In this document: piece by piece, positions 18,018-27,326 of the stretch
Layout of the letters: each line of letters begins with the position of its first letter
Numbering within the stretch: position 1 is the first letter of the stretch
IMG/VR virus record: IMGVR_UViG_3300031576_000026
Location: 1-64,000 of that record
Direction: 5' to 3' (one strand)
Length of the DNA stretch: 64,000 nucleotides
Origin: a virus
Notes under the pieces: generated by a model
Seen by the model: the letters and a program-made list of their open reading frames with translations, nothing else
Database searches by the model: none
What the model was told of the DNA's origin: nothing
Position numbers and translations under genes: made by a program

Positions 18018-18583
18018 TGTTTAAAAAATTTATATCCAGATTTCGTATTAAGGGAGCAACGGATGGCACTTTAATAGGTAATGTCACTGATCGCCTCAAA
18101 GTTGATACTGGATTAACTGGTCCATCTGGAAGTTTAACTTTAGCCACTTCCAAAAAACTCAGATATGTTGATATGAATGCTACCACTGGAGGTGTAGCCA
18201 GAGGTACTATATTAACTACTACAGAAACCACTTTGTTCGAATATATTGGTACTGGATTAGTTTTTGCATTTTTAGTAAATTTAGAAGAAAAGAAAGACTG
18301 GATAATAAGATTTAAAATAGATGGAGAAGCAATATTCACTTCTAGCGGTCTTCTGGTTAGTGATTTAGAAAGCAATAGAGCTTATGACTTAGATCATAAT
18401 CATGACGAAGAAGCAGAATTAGTTGGAATAAGATTAGGTAAACACACCAAGTTTATTTGGTCAGGTCCATTGGAATTCCCAATACGATATGACCAGTCTG
18501 TCAAAATAACTATTCAAAGAGTTTCTGGTAAACCGAATAAGAAATTTACTGGAGGATTTATTATTTTAACTCAGGAAACCTAA
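18017..18583 (+). CDS. putative structural protein
   Basis: ORF track; IGNVTDRLKVD stalk-like segment. Confidence 0.55.
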   Translation: MFKKFISRFRIKGATDGTLIGNVTDRLKVDTGLTGPSGSLTLATSKKLRYVDMNATTGGVARGTILTTTETTLFEYIGTGLVFAFLVNLEEKKDWIIRFKIDGEAIFTSSGLLVSDLESNRAYDLDHNHDEEAELVGIRLGKHTKFIWSGPLEFPIRYDQSVKITIQRVSGKPNKKFTGGFIILTQET

Positions 18584-19488
18584 TGATTGTATCATGGTCA
18601 CAATTAAAAAGTTTTGTTGATAGTAAAAATCTTTCTATTCAATGGATTGATGTGGATGATTATTATCTTCTTTTGGCTTTTGATGGTATTTTTACTCTTG
18701 AGACAAGACTTGATAAATTTCCCACAGATAATACGAACCTAACTGATTTTGAAACTAATTACAAATCACTTGGTAATAAAAAGATACAAACTCAAGATTC
18801 ATCAATGAGATTTGGATATAAATCCACAACCAGTATTACAAAAACAGCTATTCAAGCAACTGCATATACTGAACAAACTACCAATGGCCGACGTTCTTTT
18901 AAATCCACTTCAGCCAATGATATAACAGGTGGAACAGGAGCGAGAAACGTAAAACTTACTTATTATGATAGTAATGTTAATGGACCATTTACTGAGACTA
19001 TCACATTAAATGGTCTAACTGCTGTTAATACAGTAGCTACAAATATTTGTTTAATAGAAAAATTAGAAGTATTTGAAGTAGGTTCAACCGGAGGTAATGC
19101 TGGTGCAATTAATCTTTATACCGGAATTAATGGAACAGGAACTATTTTCGTTTCTATCGCTATTCAAGATAATATGACTTATTTTGCTCATCACTATATT
19201 CCTAAAAATAAAACTATGTATCTCCTAACCATCGCCGGTTCTTCAAAAGGTAATAATTATTTACTGGACGGAGTAAAACGAGAGTTATCACAACCAGTAA
19301 GTGCGATATCTTATGCATCTTATAATTCAACAGGAACTCTTAGGGTTTATAATACAGCCAGAGCGATGCAATATATATTAATAAATCCATTTTTAATTGT
19401 TGGTCCAGCAAAATTTACATTATTCGTAAAGGCAGATTCGACAACTGCTGGGACTATTCATGGAGATTTTACTTTTTATGAGGTTTAA
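18583..19488 (+). CDS. putative structural protein, N-domain paralogous to 20130
   Basis: VSW...SF....LSIQW...FDG.F...TDFETNYK. Confidence 0.6.
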   Translation: MIVSWSQLKSFVDSKNLSIQWIDVDDYYLLLAFDGIFTLETRLDKFPTDNTNLTDFETNYKSLGNKKIQTQDSSMRFGYKSTTSITKTAIQATAYTEQTTNGRRSFKSTSANDITGGTGARNVKLTYYDSNVNGPFTETITLNGLTAVNTVATNICLIEKLEVFEVGSTGGNAGAINLYTGINGTGTIFVSIAIQDNMTYFAHHYIPKNKTMYLLTIAGSSKGNNYLLDGVKRELSQPVSAISYASYNSTGTLRVYNTARAMQYILINPFLIVGPAKFTLFVKADSTTAGTIHGDFTFYEV

Positions 19489-19490
19489 AA

Positions 19491-20126
19491 ATGGCTAATA
19501 CATTTACGATGAGATCTGCCTTAGGTAGCGGAAGATATAGATTATATGACGCTATTTTACCTGTAGATACATTGTTAAATGTTTCTGCTATTATTTTATC
19601 TTGTGGGGGAGCTGATCCTGAATGGGAAATATATTTTGATAAAATTGTAAATGATTTGGCCAAACCAAATCAACCTTCTTTAACTGCGGTAACTACGGGT
19701 GGGACTATTCCCAGAAGCACGAAATTATTTGTTAGAATAACTACAGTGGATGTGAATGGGGCAGAAGGAATCCCTACTGACGGCCATAAAACCATAACCA
19801 CTGGTGCATCTACTGATACAAACAAAGTTACTGTATCATGGTCTTCTATATCTGGTTCTTCTAGTTATAATGTTTATGCTGGGGGTTTATCTGGAAGAGA
19901 GTCTTTTGTGGGCAATACAGTATCTACATCATTGGTAATAGTTGATATGCCCGGTGAAGCTCTACAGGCTATACCAACCACACCAGATATACACATAATT
20001 GGTAAAAAGGGAGGGGTAGAGCCCATTCCTTTAAGCGGTTCTGGTCTTACGGTTAGTTCAAGACTGATTGTATATGTCACAATTTCTGCTGGGGGTGATC
20101 CAGCGGTTTCAATTTTGTCGGTATAA
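19491..20126 (+). CDS. putative structural protein with FN3/Ig-like domain
   Basis: VTVSWSSISGSSSYNVY. Confidence 0.55.
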   Translation: MANTFTMRSALGSGRYRLYDAILPVDTLLNVSAIILSCGGADPEWEIYFDKIVNDLAKPNQPSLTAVTTGGTIPRSTKLFVRITTVDVNGAEGIPTDGHKTITTGASTDTNKVTVSWSSISGSSSYNVYAGGLSGRESFVGNTVSTSLVIVDMPGEALQAIPTTPDIHIIGKKGGVEPIPLSGSGLTVSSRLIVYVTISAGGDPAVSILSV

Positions 20127-20129
20127 CTT

Positions 20130-20738
20130 ATGGTAGTATCTTGGAATGTTATTAAATCTTTCGTGATTAATAGAGCGCTTTCTATTCAATGGATCGAAAT
20201 AGAAAATAAATATTGGCTTAAGGTATTCGATGGCCCGTTTTTCCTTGAGTGTATTTTAAATAAGGGTATAGAAGCAGAAAATGTAACTGATTTTGAAACC
20301 AATTACAAACCATATGGTAACAAATCACCAACCACCAAAGTAATACAGCAATTGGGAAAGGATTCCTATAACTTAAATACAAGAGCATATGATTTTATAG
20401 CAACAAAACAAACATCTACAACACATTATTTTTTATTAAGTTCTTCACAAACGATTGCAATTAAAGGAGGAGTTTTATTTTCTGATAATAGCGCCTGGAA
20501 AGATTATATTATCGTGGAGATTGAAGATAAGGATGGTGTATATTTTCCGGCAGGTACCGTGATTGCTGGATACATACAGAAATGGTTTGTATTTAAAAGT
20601 GTGGTTAATGAAGTTGATGATATATCAATTGCTGAGATACCTGCAGGTTTATATTTAAAAGTCATTTATGTGTCTGATAATTCTGCAACAGAAGATGCTA
20701 AAATTTTATTAAATCTATATTCTTATACATTGGGATAA
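20130..20738 (+). CDS. putative structural protein, N-domain paralogous to 18583
   Basis: Shared N-terminal ~65 aa. Confidence 0.6.
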   Translation: MVVSWNVIKSFVINRALSIQWIEIENKYWLKVFDGPFFLECILNKGIEAENVTDFETNYKPYGNKSPTTKVIQQLGKDSYNLNTRAYDFIATKQTSTTHYFLLSSSQTIAIKGGVLFSDNSAWKDYIIVEIEDKDGVYFPAGTVIAGYIQKWFVFKSVVNEVDDISIAEIPAGLYLKVIYVSDNSATEDAKILLNLYSYTLG

Positions 20739-20741
20739 ATT

Positions 20742-21557
20742 ATGAAAACAGCATTGATATTATCTGGGGGTGGTTCTAAGGGTTCTTTCCAATTTGGCGT
20801 ATTAAAATATCTAATAGAACGCGGATTTACTCCAAATGCCGTATATGGTACTTCAGTAGGTGCATTAAATGCTGCTGGATACGGATATCAAAATATAGGG
20901 GGATTAGAAGAGGTTTGGAATAATATTAAGGGGAAATCAGATATTCTTAAATTTAACTGGTCTAGTTTTATTTTACGATCAACTGGTCTTTATAATACCA
21001 AGCCCCTAAGAAAAATCCTAGAAAAAAATATCATAGGTCAGCCCATTTGTGATGTTTATGCTTGTAAGGTTAATTTATTAACCGGAGATATTGTTTACAG
21101 TAAACATACGGATTCTGATTTTATCAGTTCTGTTGAAGCTTCTGCTTCCATTCCTGGTATTATGTCACCCGTGGATGATGAATGGGTAGATGGTGGGATT
21201 AGGGAACAAACACCTTTAAAACAAGCAATATTGGATGGAGCTAAAAAAATCATAGTCGTTCTATGTAATCCTTGGGAATATAATCCAGTAAAAACTAAGT
21301 GTGGTAATTGGTTGCAAAATTCTCTACGGGCTGTTGATATTTTATCACATGAAAATTTTCTTAGTGATATTTCTTTATGTTTAGAAAAAAATAAAGATTC
21401 GGAATATGAGTATATTAAAATGGAGATTTATGCCCCACTGCAACATTTAAATGACGCTTTAGATTTTTCTCCAGATAAAATCAAAGAAAACATAAAACTC
21501 GGTTATGAAACCGCCCAACTTGGACCTCTTAAAACGGATAAAAATTATGCACTATAA
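20742..21557 (+). CDS. patatin-like phospholipase
   Basis: GGGSKG oxyanion loop, GTSVG nucleophile, ASASIP, DGG catalytic Asp. Confidence 0.9.
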   Translation: MKTALILSGGGSKGSFQFGVLKYLIERGFTPNAVYGTSVGALNAAGYGYQNIGGLEEVWNNIKGKSDILKFNWSSFILRSTGLYNTKPLRKILEKNIIGQPICDVYACKVNLLTGDIVYSKHTDSDFISSVEASASIPGIMSPVDDEWVDGGIREQTPLKQAILDGAKKIIVVLCNPWEYNPVKTKCGNWLQNSLRAVDILSHENFLSDISLCLEKNKDSEYEYIKMEIYAPLQHLNDALDFSPDKIKENIKLGYETAQLGPLKTDKNYAL

Positions 21558-21774
21558 TAAACAATCACTAGTTAATGCAGATAATCTTATTAAAATTATT
21601 AAAAGAGCTAAATTTGAATTGACAGGAATAGAAGCACTGGCTTTTGCTGAATCTTGTCGATGGTTTAATGAATTATATAAAGAAATAGAATTTGAAGTGA
21701 ATAAACCTAATTTACAAATGAATGAGGTCAAAGATCCTCTAAGCCAAGACAAAAAATCAAAGAAAAATAAATAG
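21547..21774 (+). CDS. hypothetical protein
   Basis: ORF track 21505..21774; ATG at 21547 overlaps the patatin end. Confidence 0.5.
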   Translation: MHYNKQSLVNADNLIKIIKRAKFELTGIEALAFAESCRWFNELYKEIEFEVNKPNLQMNEVKDPLSQDKKSKKNK

Positions 21775-21894
21775 TTATGAAACTAAAATTTAAACATCAA
21801 GAAAAATATAAACCATTCAAAAATACCAAACAACTATTATTGATGAGTAGTATTTTACACATATTATCACTTCTCACAATATTACACGTATTTT

Positions 21895-22641
21895 ATGCTT
21901 AAAAAATGGCTAAAACATGGCATATTATACTTAACGATGGGATCTTTCCTATATTTTTATTTTAATCTACATCAATGGAAACACAATACAACAAGAAATT
22001 ATGCAGATAAAAGAATTGTCAAACTTTTATCAAAAAATAGGAACAGGGGCGGAACGGGTGTTCATATAAAATTACCAAGTGGAAAAACAGCAATTCTAAC
22101 TAATAGTCATGTATGTGAGAGTTTATTAAAAAATGACGGGATTTTTGTTGAATATAGCCCCGAACGATTACTACCAAAGAGAATTATTGAAATTTCCGAT
22201 GATACCGATTTATGTTTAGTAGAGCCCGTAGAAGGAATTAAAGGTTTAAAATTAGCCTCAAATGCCTATAATGGGGAACTGGTCTCGGCTTTGGGATTTC
22301 CCAATCTAAACCCATTGACAATGGTTGAAGGAGAATTAGTCGAAAAAAAACCCATATTAGTTTTAGATCATATTATTGATGTTGATGACCCAGATGATAC
22401 GTGTTCTCTACCCAAGAATAAAAAAGATAAGATAAATTATTGGTTTACGGAAGTAGAAGCGTGTTTTACTAACATAGATGCTTATTGGACAACCCTTGTT
22501 GTTAGACCTGGTAACTCTGGGAGCCCCGTTTTAAATAAATGGGGAAATGTTGTGGGATTAATTTTTGCTGGAGATCAAAGAACTGGATGGGGAGCTGCTA
22601 TTCCATTAGAACAAATAAAAGATTTTATTAAACCCTATTAA
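21895..22641 (+). CDS. trypsin-like (S1) serine protease with N-terminal membrane anchor
   Basis: TNSHVC, DLCL and PGNSGSP catalytic triad motifs. Confidence 0.88.
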   Translation: MLKKWLKHGILYLTMGSFLYFYFNLHQWKHNTTRNYADKRIVKLLSKNRNRGGTGVHIKLPSGKTAILTNSHVCESLLKNDGIFVEYSPERLLPKRIIEISDDTDLCLVEPVEGIKGLKLASNAYNGELVSALGFPNLNPLTMVEGELVEKKPILVLDHIIDVDDPDDTCSLPKNKKDKINYWFTEVEACFTNIDAYWTTLVVRPGNSGSPVLNKWGNVVGLIFAGDQRTGWGAAIPLEQIKDFIKPY

Positions 22642-22665
22642 GTATGCCTCAAATGGAGATATATA

Positions 22666-22989
22666 ATGGCTGATGAAGATGCTAAATTGAGAGAAATAAT
22701 TAGGAAAAGACAAAAGATACAAGACGAACAATTAAGAAGACAAGCCTTAGAAGGATTAATGGATATAAGTGGAGTAACTGGAGAAAAATTACCAGATCTC
22801 CCCCCTGCACAAGAGTTATATACAGATCCCTATAGGACACCAGATTCAGAATCTAGTGATATAGAAATAAGAAGATTGCGGGCTAGTCCATGGAAATTTG
22901 TGCAAAAACGTTTAGTAGAGAGTGATGAAGAAAGAATAAAAAGACTGGTAAAACTAAGGGCTTTATTAAGAAAAGCCAGGGAAGAATAA
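22666..22989 (+). CDS. small charged protein, possible head cargo
   Basis: GGAG RBS; head module. Confidence 0.6.
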   Translation: MADEDAKLREIIRKRQKIQDEQLRRQALEGLMDISGVTGEKLPDLPPAQELYTDPYRTPDSESSDIEIRRLRASPWKFVQKRLVESDEERIKRLVKLRALLRKAREE

Positions 22990-23005
22990 TAAATTAACTT
23001 TAATT

Positions 23006-23305
23006 ATGCCTGATTTTAATAAAATAAAAAAATTTATAAAGATCCCCGTTCTGGATATACCAGAAACTTATTTAGAAGAGTATCTACAAACTCTTTTTGA
23101 TCCTAGATTAGGTTTCGAAAATGCAGATCCCTTTGTATCTCCTTTACATCTTGAAAAATTAGATAATCAATATATTTCTCCTCTTCCTAGGGTGTATCAA
23201 GAACCTGCAGGACCCGAAGATGAAGGTTATTTAAAATCTTACGAACCTACCCCAGAAGAAATGACTTTATTGCGATTGATAAAACAACGTAAAATAGAAA
23301 TATAA
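23006..23305 (+). CDS. small protein, possible head cargo
   Basis: ORF track. Confidence 0.55.
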   Translation: MPDFNKIKKFIKIPVLDIPETYLEEYLQTLFDPRLGFENADPFVSPLHLEKLDNQYISPLPRVYQEPAGPEDEGYLKSYEPTPEEMTLLRLIKQRKIEI

Positions 23306-23306
23306 T

Positions 23307-23435
23307 ATGGCAATTGCTAATATATTCCAATCATTAAAACCACTTTTTAAAGAAACATATTCTAAATCTTTAACTTCTCCTATGAACTCTAACTATTGGA
23401 AAAAGATAAAACAACTACTAAAACCTAAAAAATAG
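23307..23435 (+). CDS. 42-aa protein (not in ORF track)
   Basis: MAIANIFQSLKPLFKETYSKSLTSPMNSNYWKKIKQLLKPKK fills the gap exactly. Confidence 0.5.
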   Translation: MAIANIFQSLKPLFKETYSKSLTSPMNSNYWKKIKQLLKPKK

Positions 23436-23466
23436 AAATTTAACAACTAACTATAGAGGCTATTAT

Positions 23467-23637
23467 ATGGCTAAACCAAAATTAGGTTCTGGTGAGCGCT
23501 TTAAAAAGCTTAAAGAGAAGCTAGAAAAACGAGGAGCAAAAAGCCCTGGTGCTTTGGCCTCGTGGCTGGGACGTAAAAAATTTGGAAAGTCTCGCTTCCA
23601 AAAACTAGCAGCCGTTGGGAAAAAAAGAGCCAAATAA
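23467..23637 (+). CDS. 56-aa highly basic protein (not in ORF track)
   Basis: MAKPKLGSGERFKKLKEKLEKRGAKSPGALASWLGRKKFGKSRFQKLAAVGKKRAK; GAGG RBS. Confidence 0.7.
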   Translation: MAKPKLGSGERFKKLKEKLEKRGAKSPGALASWLGRKKFGKSRFQKLAAVGKKRAK

Positions 23638-23715
23638 ATTAACCGAAATGATTCTATCCGAAAGGACGAATCACTTTTAATATATCCCTAACCGGACTAT
23701 CTAAAGGAGAAAAAC

Positions 23716-24786
23716 ATGTCTGAAACTAATACCGCACCTTCGACAGTAGTTGAAGAATCTCCCCCTACACAACGAGAATCTCAATCAACAGAACAAGAAT
23801 CTAAAGAAAGTTCTTCCACAGAGCAATTATCTCAAAAAATCCAAGATAATTCTAATCATGAACTCAGTACTGAAGAAATTTCTAGGGCTGAATCCCTATT
23901 AAGCAAAGATGAAAAGGATTTAACATCTTCTGATGTTAAATATTTAGAAGATCTTGAAAAAAGAGTCACTGATACAGAAAAACAACAGAAAAGGCTTAAA
24001 AGGGTTAAGTTAAAAGTAGATCAAAAAGAGTTTGAGGAAGAACTTCCCTTTGAAATACCCGATGATCCAGAATCTTTAGATTACATAACACGTAATTTAC
24101 AACTAGCTAAAATGGGTCAATCTAGGGCACAACAATATAGCCAACTAGAAAAAGAAGTTAAAGCTTTTATAGAGGAATTAAAAAAAGATCCCGTAAAAAT
24201 CCTATCAAGTCCTGAATTTGGGGTAGATGTTAAAAAACTAGCAGCTAAAGTTATTGAAGATGAAATCGCTGCTTCTCAAAAATCTCCAGAACAATTAGAA
24301 AAAGAAAAGATAGAATCCGAATTAAAAGCTCTTAAAGAAGAGAGAGAAAAAGAAAAAAAGGTAAATGAGGAGAGAGATTTTGAACGGGCAACAGAAAAAG
24401 CATATGAAGAATACGATAAGATGATTACAGACGCTTTGGGTAAATCCGATCTTCCGACTACTCCCTATACAATCAAAAAAATTGCTGATTATATGCTTCT
24501 AGGACTACAAGAAGGTTATAGCATAGTTCCCGAAGATGTTATTCCTCTGGTTAAAGAAGAAATGCATAAAGATTTAAAGGATATGTTTAATGTTATGCCC
24601 GATGATGTTATAGAGCAACTAGTTGGAAAAGATGTATTGAGTCGTATTAGGAAGAGGAATGTTGCTAAAGCTAAAGAAGCTCCACCCCAACCAGCTAATA
24701 AAACTGTTCAAGATGTGGGAAAAGCCTCTGAAAAGAAGGTTGATGATGCCAGTAAAAAATCTTTTAGAGAGTTTTTTGGGGTATAA
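23716..24786 (+). CDS. capsid scaffolding protein
   Basis: Acidic disordered N-terminus, KLKVD motif, coiled coils, upstream of the MCP. Confidence 0.75.
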   Translation: MSETNTAPSTVVEESPPTQRESQSTEQESKESSSTEQLSQKIQDNSNHELSTEEISRAESLLSKDEKDLTSSDVKYLEDLEKRVTDTEKQQKRLKRVKLKVDQKEFEEELPFEIPDDPESLDYITRNLQLAKMGQSRAQQYSQLEKEVKAFIEELKKDPVKILSSPEFGVDVKKLAAKVIEDEIAASQKSPEQLEKEKIESELKALKEEREKEKKVNEERDFERATEKAYEEYDKMITDALGKSDLPTTPYTIKKIADYMLLGLQEGYSIVPEDVIPLVKEEMHKDLKDMFNVMPDDVIEQLVGKDVLSRIRKRNVAKAKEAPPQPANKTVQDVGKASEKKVDDASKKSFREFFGV

Positions 24787-24851
24787 GCTTCTGTATTTAT
24801 TTTAGATTTTGATAAATAGTTTATTTTTAACAACTATTTAATGAAAGTTTA

Positions 24852-24980
24852 GCATTTATTATTCTATTAGACTCGGCATTACCTAAATTAGGGTGCTGAT
24901 ATCCAAGATAGAAAAGAATAATGCACATGACAGTAAGATAAATAGGTTATCTTACATTAACAATCTATCTTGAGGATAAT
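24852..24980 (+). promoter_or_regulatory. structured 5' leader of the capsid operon
   Basis: Several hairpins plus a 9-bp pairing abutting the Shine-Dalgarno. Confidence 0.45.
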
Positions 24981-24985
24981 TAAAT

Positions 24986-25453
24986 ATGTCATCCTACTAT
25001 GGAAAACAAGAATTGGTAATGGGATCACAGCTTAAGGTTCAATCCCTATCTCTACACTTTTTCATTGATGGTGATGCGGTTGCGGCTAACGTAAAGCATC
25101 GACCTGATGAACCTGCGGTTCTGTTTCTTAAAACAGAGGGTGTAGATGATGTAACTAGCTCTACCGGAGCACTTGATTCTGGTGAAGCTTCTCCGACTTT
25201 TACAGCACCAAGTAATGCTATGGGCAAATTTGGCTGTCTTATTAAAGTTGGTGAAAAAATTAAAAGGGTAGTCTCTGCTATGGCAGTGAGACAAGATTCA
25301 CCTGAGGTGGTATCTTGCACTCTTGCTAATAGTACTGGCTTATCAGCAAATGGCGATAAAATCGTACTAAATGTTGATAGTGCTGCAGATCTTGCTGCTG
25401 GAGATTATCGTGGCGCAATTGAAATCCACTATGTTGTGGATGAACAAGCTTAA
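24986..25453 (+). CDS. putative capsid decoration/cement protein
   Basis: Beta-rich 155 aa between scaffold and MCP. Confidence 0.55.
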   Translation: MSSYYGKQELVMGSQLKVQSLSLHFFIDGDAVAANVKHRPDEPAVLFLKTEGVDDVTSSTGALDSGEASPTFTAPSNAMGKFGCLIKVGEKIKRVVSAMAVRQDSPEVVSCTLANSTGLSANGDKIVLNVDSAADLAAGDYRGAIEIHYVVDEQA

Positions 25454-25465
25454 TGAGGGATTAAT

Positions 25466-26704
25466 ATGAGTGCTTCAAATCAATTATCTACTCTTAACGG
25501 ATTTTTTAAGGAAGCCTATGCAGATAAGCTTGGCGAACTTATTCCCGATGGAGTAAAACTTCTTAATAAAATTAAATTCATGTCTAAGGATAAACAACCT
25601 GGTAATCTTTATCACCAGCCTGTTATTCTTGGAATGGAGCATGGTGTTACATTTGCTTCTTCAGACGAAGATGCATTTAATCTTAATGCTCCAGTGGCTG
25701 GCGTTATCAAAGATGCTCAAATCAAGGGTAATCCTATTCTAATGCGATCACTTCTTGGTTATGTATCTGCGAGCCGTGCAGCTCTTGGTGGACAAAAAGC
25801 ATTTATGGATGCTACTAAGTATTTAGTGGCTAACATGCTTCGATCAATGGCTAAAAAGCTTGAGATTGAATTGCTTTATGGTCAAGTTGGATATGCTCGC
25901 ATTTCAGCTGTGTCTGGTACTCTTTTGACAATTAAAACATCAGAGTGGGCACCCGGAATTTGGGCTGGTGCAGAAGGCATGCCAATTGAAATTCGTAATT
26001 CAGCTGGAACGACTTCCAGGGGTGAATCTGTTGTTAAAAGTGTTGACATGGATGCTAGAACCGTTACTCTACAAACTGCGGTTCCTGGTATTGATGTAAC
26101 TCTTGGCGCAGAAGATATCATCTGGCATAAAGGGGCTTTCGGAAACGAATTTGCGGGAGTTCATAGAGTTCTCTCTATTTCTTCTGGAACGCTCTTTAAT
26201 ATCGATGTCGGGGCATTTAACCTCTTTAAGGGCAATGAGTTTAGTGCTGGTAGTGCTGCTCTCAGCTTTACCAAACTCAATCTCGCTGCTGCACGAGCGG
26301 TTGAAAAGGGTCTCGATAATCGAGTAGTTGCCTATGTTAATCCACGAGCTTGGGCAAATATGCTTTCAGATCAAGCTGCTCTTCGCAAGTATGATCAAAG
26401 CTATAGTTCTAAAAAGGCAGAGAATGGTTCAGAATCTCTTCTTTTCCACTCACAAAATGGGGAAATTGAGATCGTGCCAAGTATCTACGTAAAAGAAGGT
26501 TACGCATATCTTCTTGATGAACAAGCTTGGTCAAGAGTCGGTTCTACCGATATGACCTTTAAGCGTCCAGGACAAGGTGAGGAATTCTTTAGGGATCTAG
26601 AGAATTCAGCTGCTTATGAGCTTCGTCTTTATTCAGACCAGGCTCTATTCTGTTACGCACCAGGTCGAAATACTCTTATCAAAGATATTGTTAACGTAAC
26701 ATAA
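25466..26704 (+). CDS. major capsid protein
   Basis: 412 aa, position after scaffold, HK97-like layout with insertion, followed by a terminator. Confidence 0.85.
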   Translation: MSASNQLSTLNGFFKEAYADKLGELIPDGVKLLNKIKFMSKDKQPGNLYHQPVILGMEHGVTFASSDEDAFNLNAPVAGVIKDAQIKGNPILMRSLLGYVSASRAALGGQKAFMDATKYLVANMLRSMAKKLEIELLYGQVGYARISAVSGTLLTIKTSEWAPGIWAGAEGMPIEIRNSAGTTSRGESVVKSVDMDARTVTLQTAVPGIDVTLGAEDIIWHKGAFGNEFAGVHRVLSISSGTLFNIDVGAFNLFKGNEFSAGSAALSFTKLNLAAARAVEKGLDNRVVAYVNPRAWANMLSDQAALRKYDQSYSSKKAENGSESLLFHSQNGEIEIVPSIYVKEGYAYLLDEQAWSRVGSTDMTFKRPGQGEEFFRDLENSAAYELRLYSDQALFCYAPGRNTLIKDIVNVT

Positions 26705-26738
26705 TTAATAATATCATATAATTAAAAGTCTATTATAT

Positions 26739-26768
26739 AGAGGGAGCCTAAAAACTCCCTCTTTCTTT
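26739..26768 (+). terminator. Rho-independent terminator after the MCP
   Basis: AGAGGGAG-cctaaaaa-CTCCCTCT followed by a T-rich run. Confidence 0.8.
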
Positions 26769-26836
26769 ATCTAGACATTCTTCTTTACATTTAACAACTA
26801 TTAATGTAATTATAATAACCACTATTTTCGATTTAT

Positions 26837-27325
26837 ATGGCTGTAACCGTTACGATTAGAGGAACCCCGATCCCCTTTCCTACTTCAGGAGAATCACCTA
26901 ATTGGGCGGAAGCTGTAACAGAATTTGCTCAGGCCGTCGAGGATGCTCTTATAACGCTTGGATTAGGCATCGGGGATATAACCCCTCAAATATATAACAT
27001 CGATGCTTTTAATGGCAATGTTATCCCTCAGGATGTGCAGAATCTAGCATTTTCAAATACTTTAGTACGTTCTAGTGTTATTAGATATGCCGTGACTAGA
27101 ACAAGTTCCACCGAAACAGCCATTGAGGCCGGTCTTATATTAATAGCATATAATCCAAGTCTATCGGTTGGTAATAAATGGTATATAACCACACAGAAAG
27201 TGGGGGATGGTAAAATATCATTTTCTATAACAGATGCTGGTCAAATTCAATTCACAACTACGGCATTGGGTGGTATCAATTATAGTGGTGAAATTAGTTT
27301 TGCTGCTGTGAGTTTATTACAATAA
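26837..27325 (+). CDS. virion structural protein
   Basis: P.SGESPNW N-terminus, beta-rich. Confidence 0.6.
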   Translation: MAVTVTIRGTPIPFPTSGESPNWAEAVTEFAQAVEDALITLGLGIGDITPQIYNIDAFNGNVIPQDVQNLAFSNTLVRSSVIRYAVTRTSSTETAIEAGLILIAYNPSLSVGNKWYITTQKVGDGKISFSITDAGQIQFTTTALGGINYSGEISFAAVSLLQ

Positions 27326-27326
27326 A

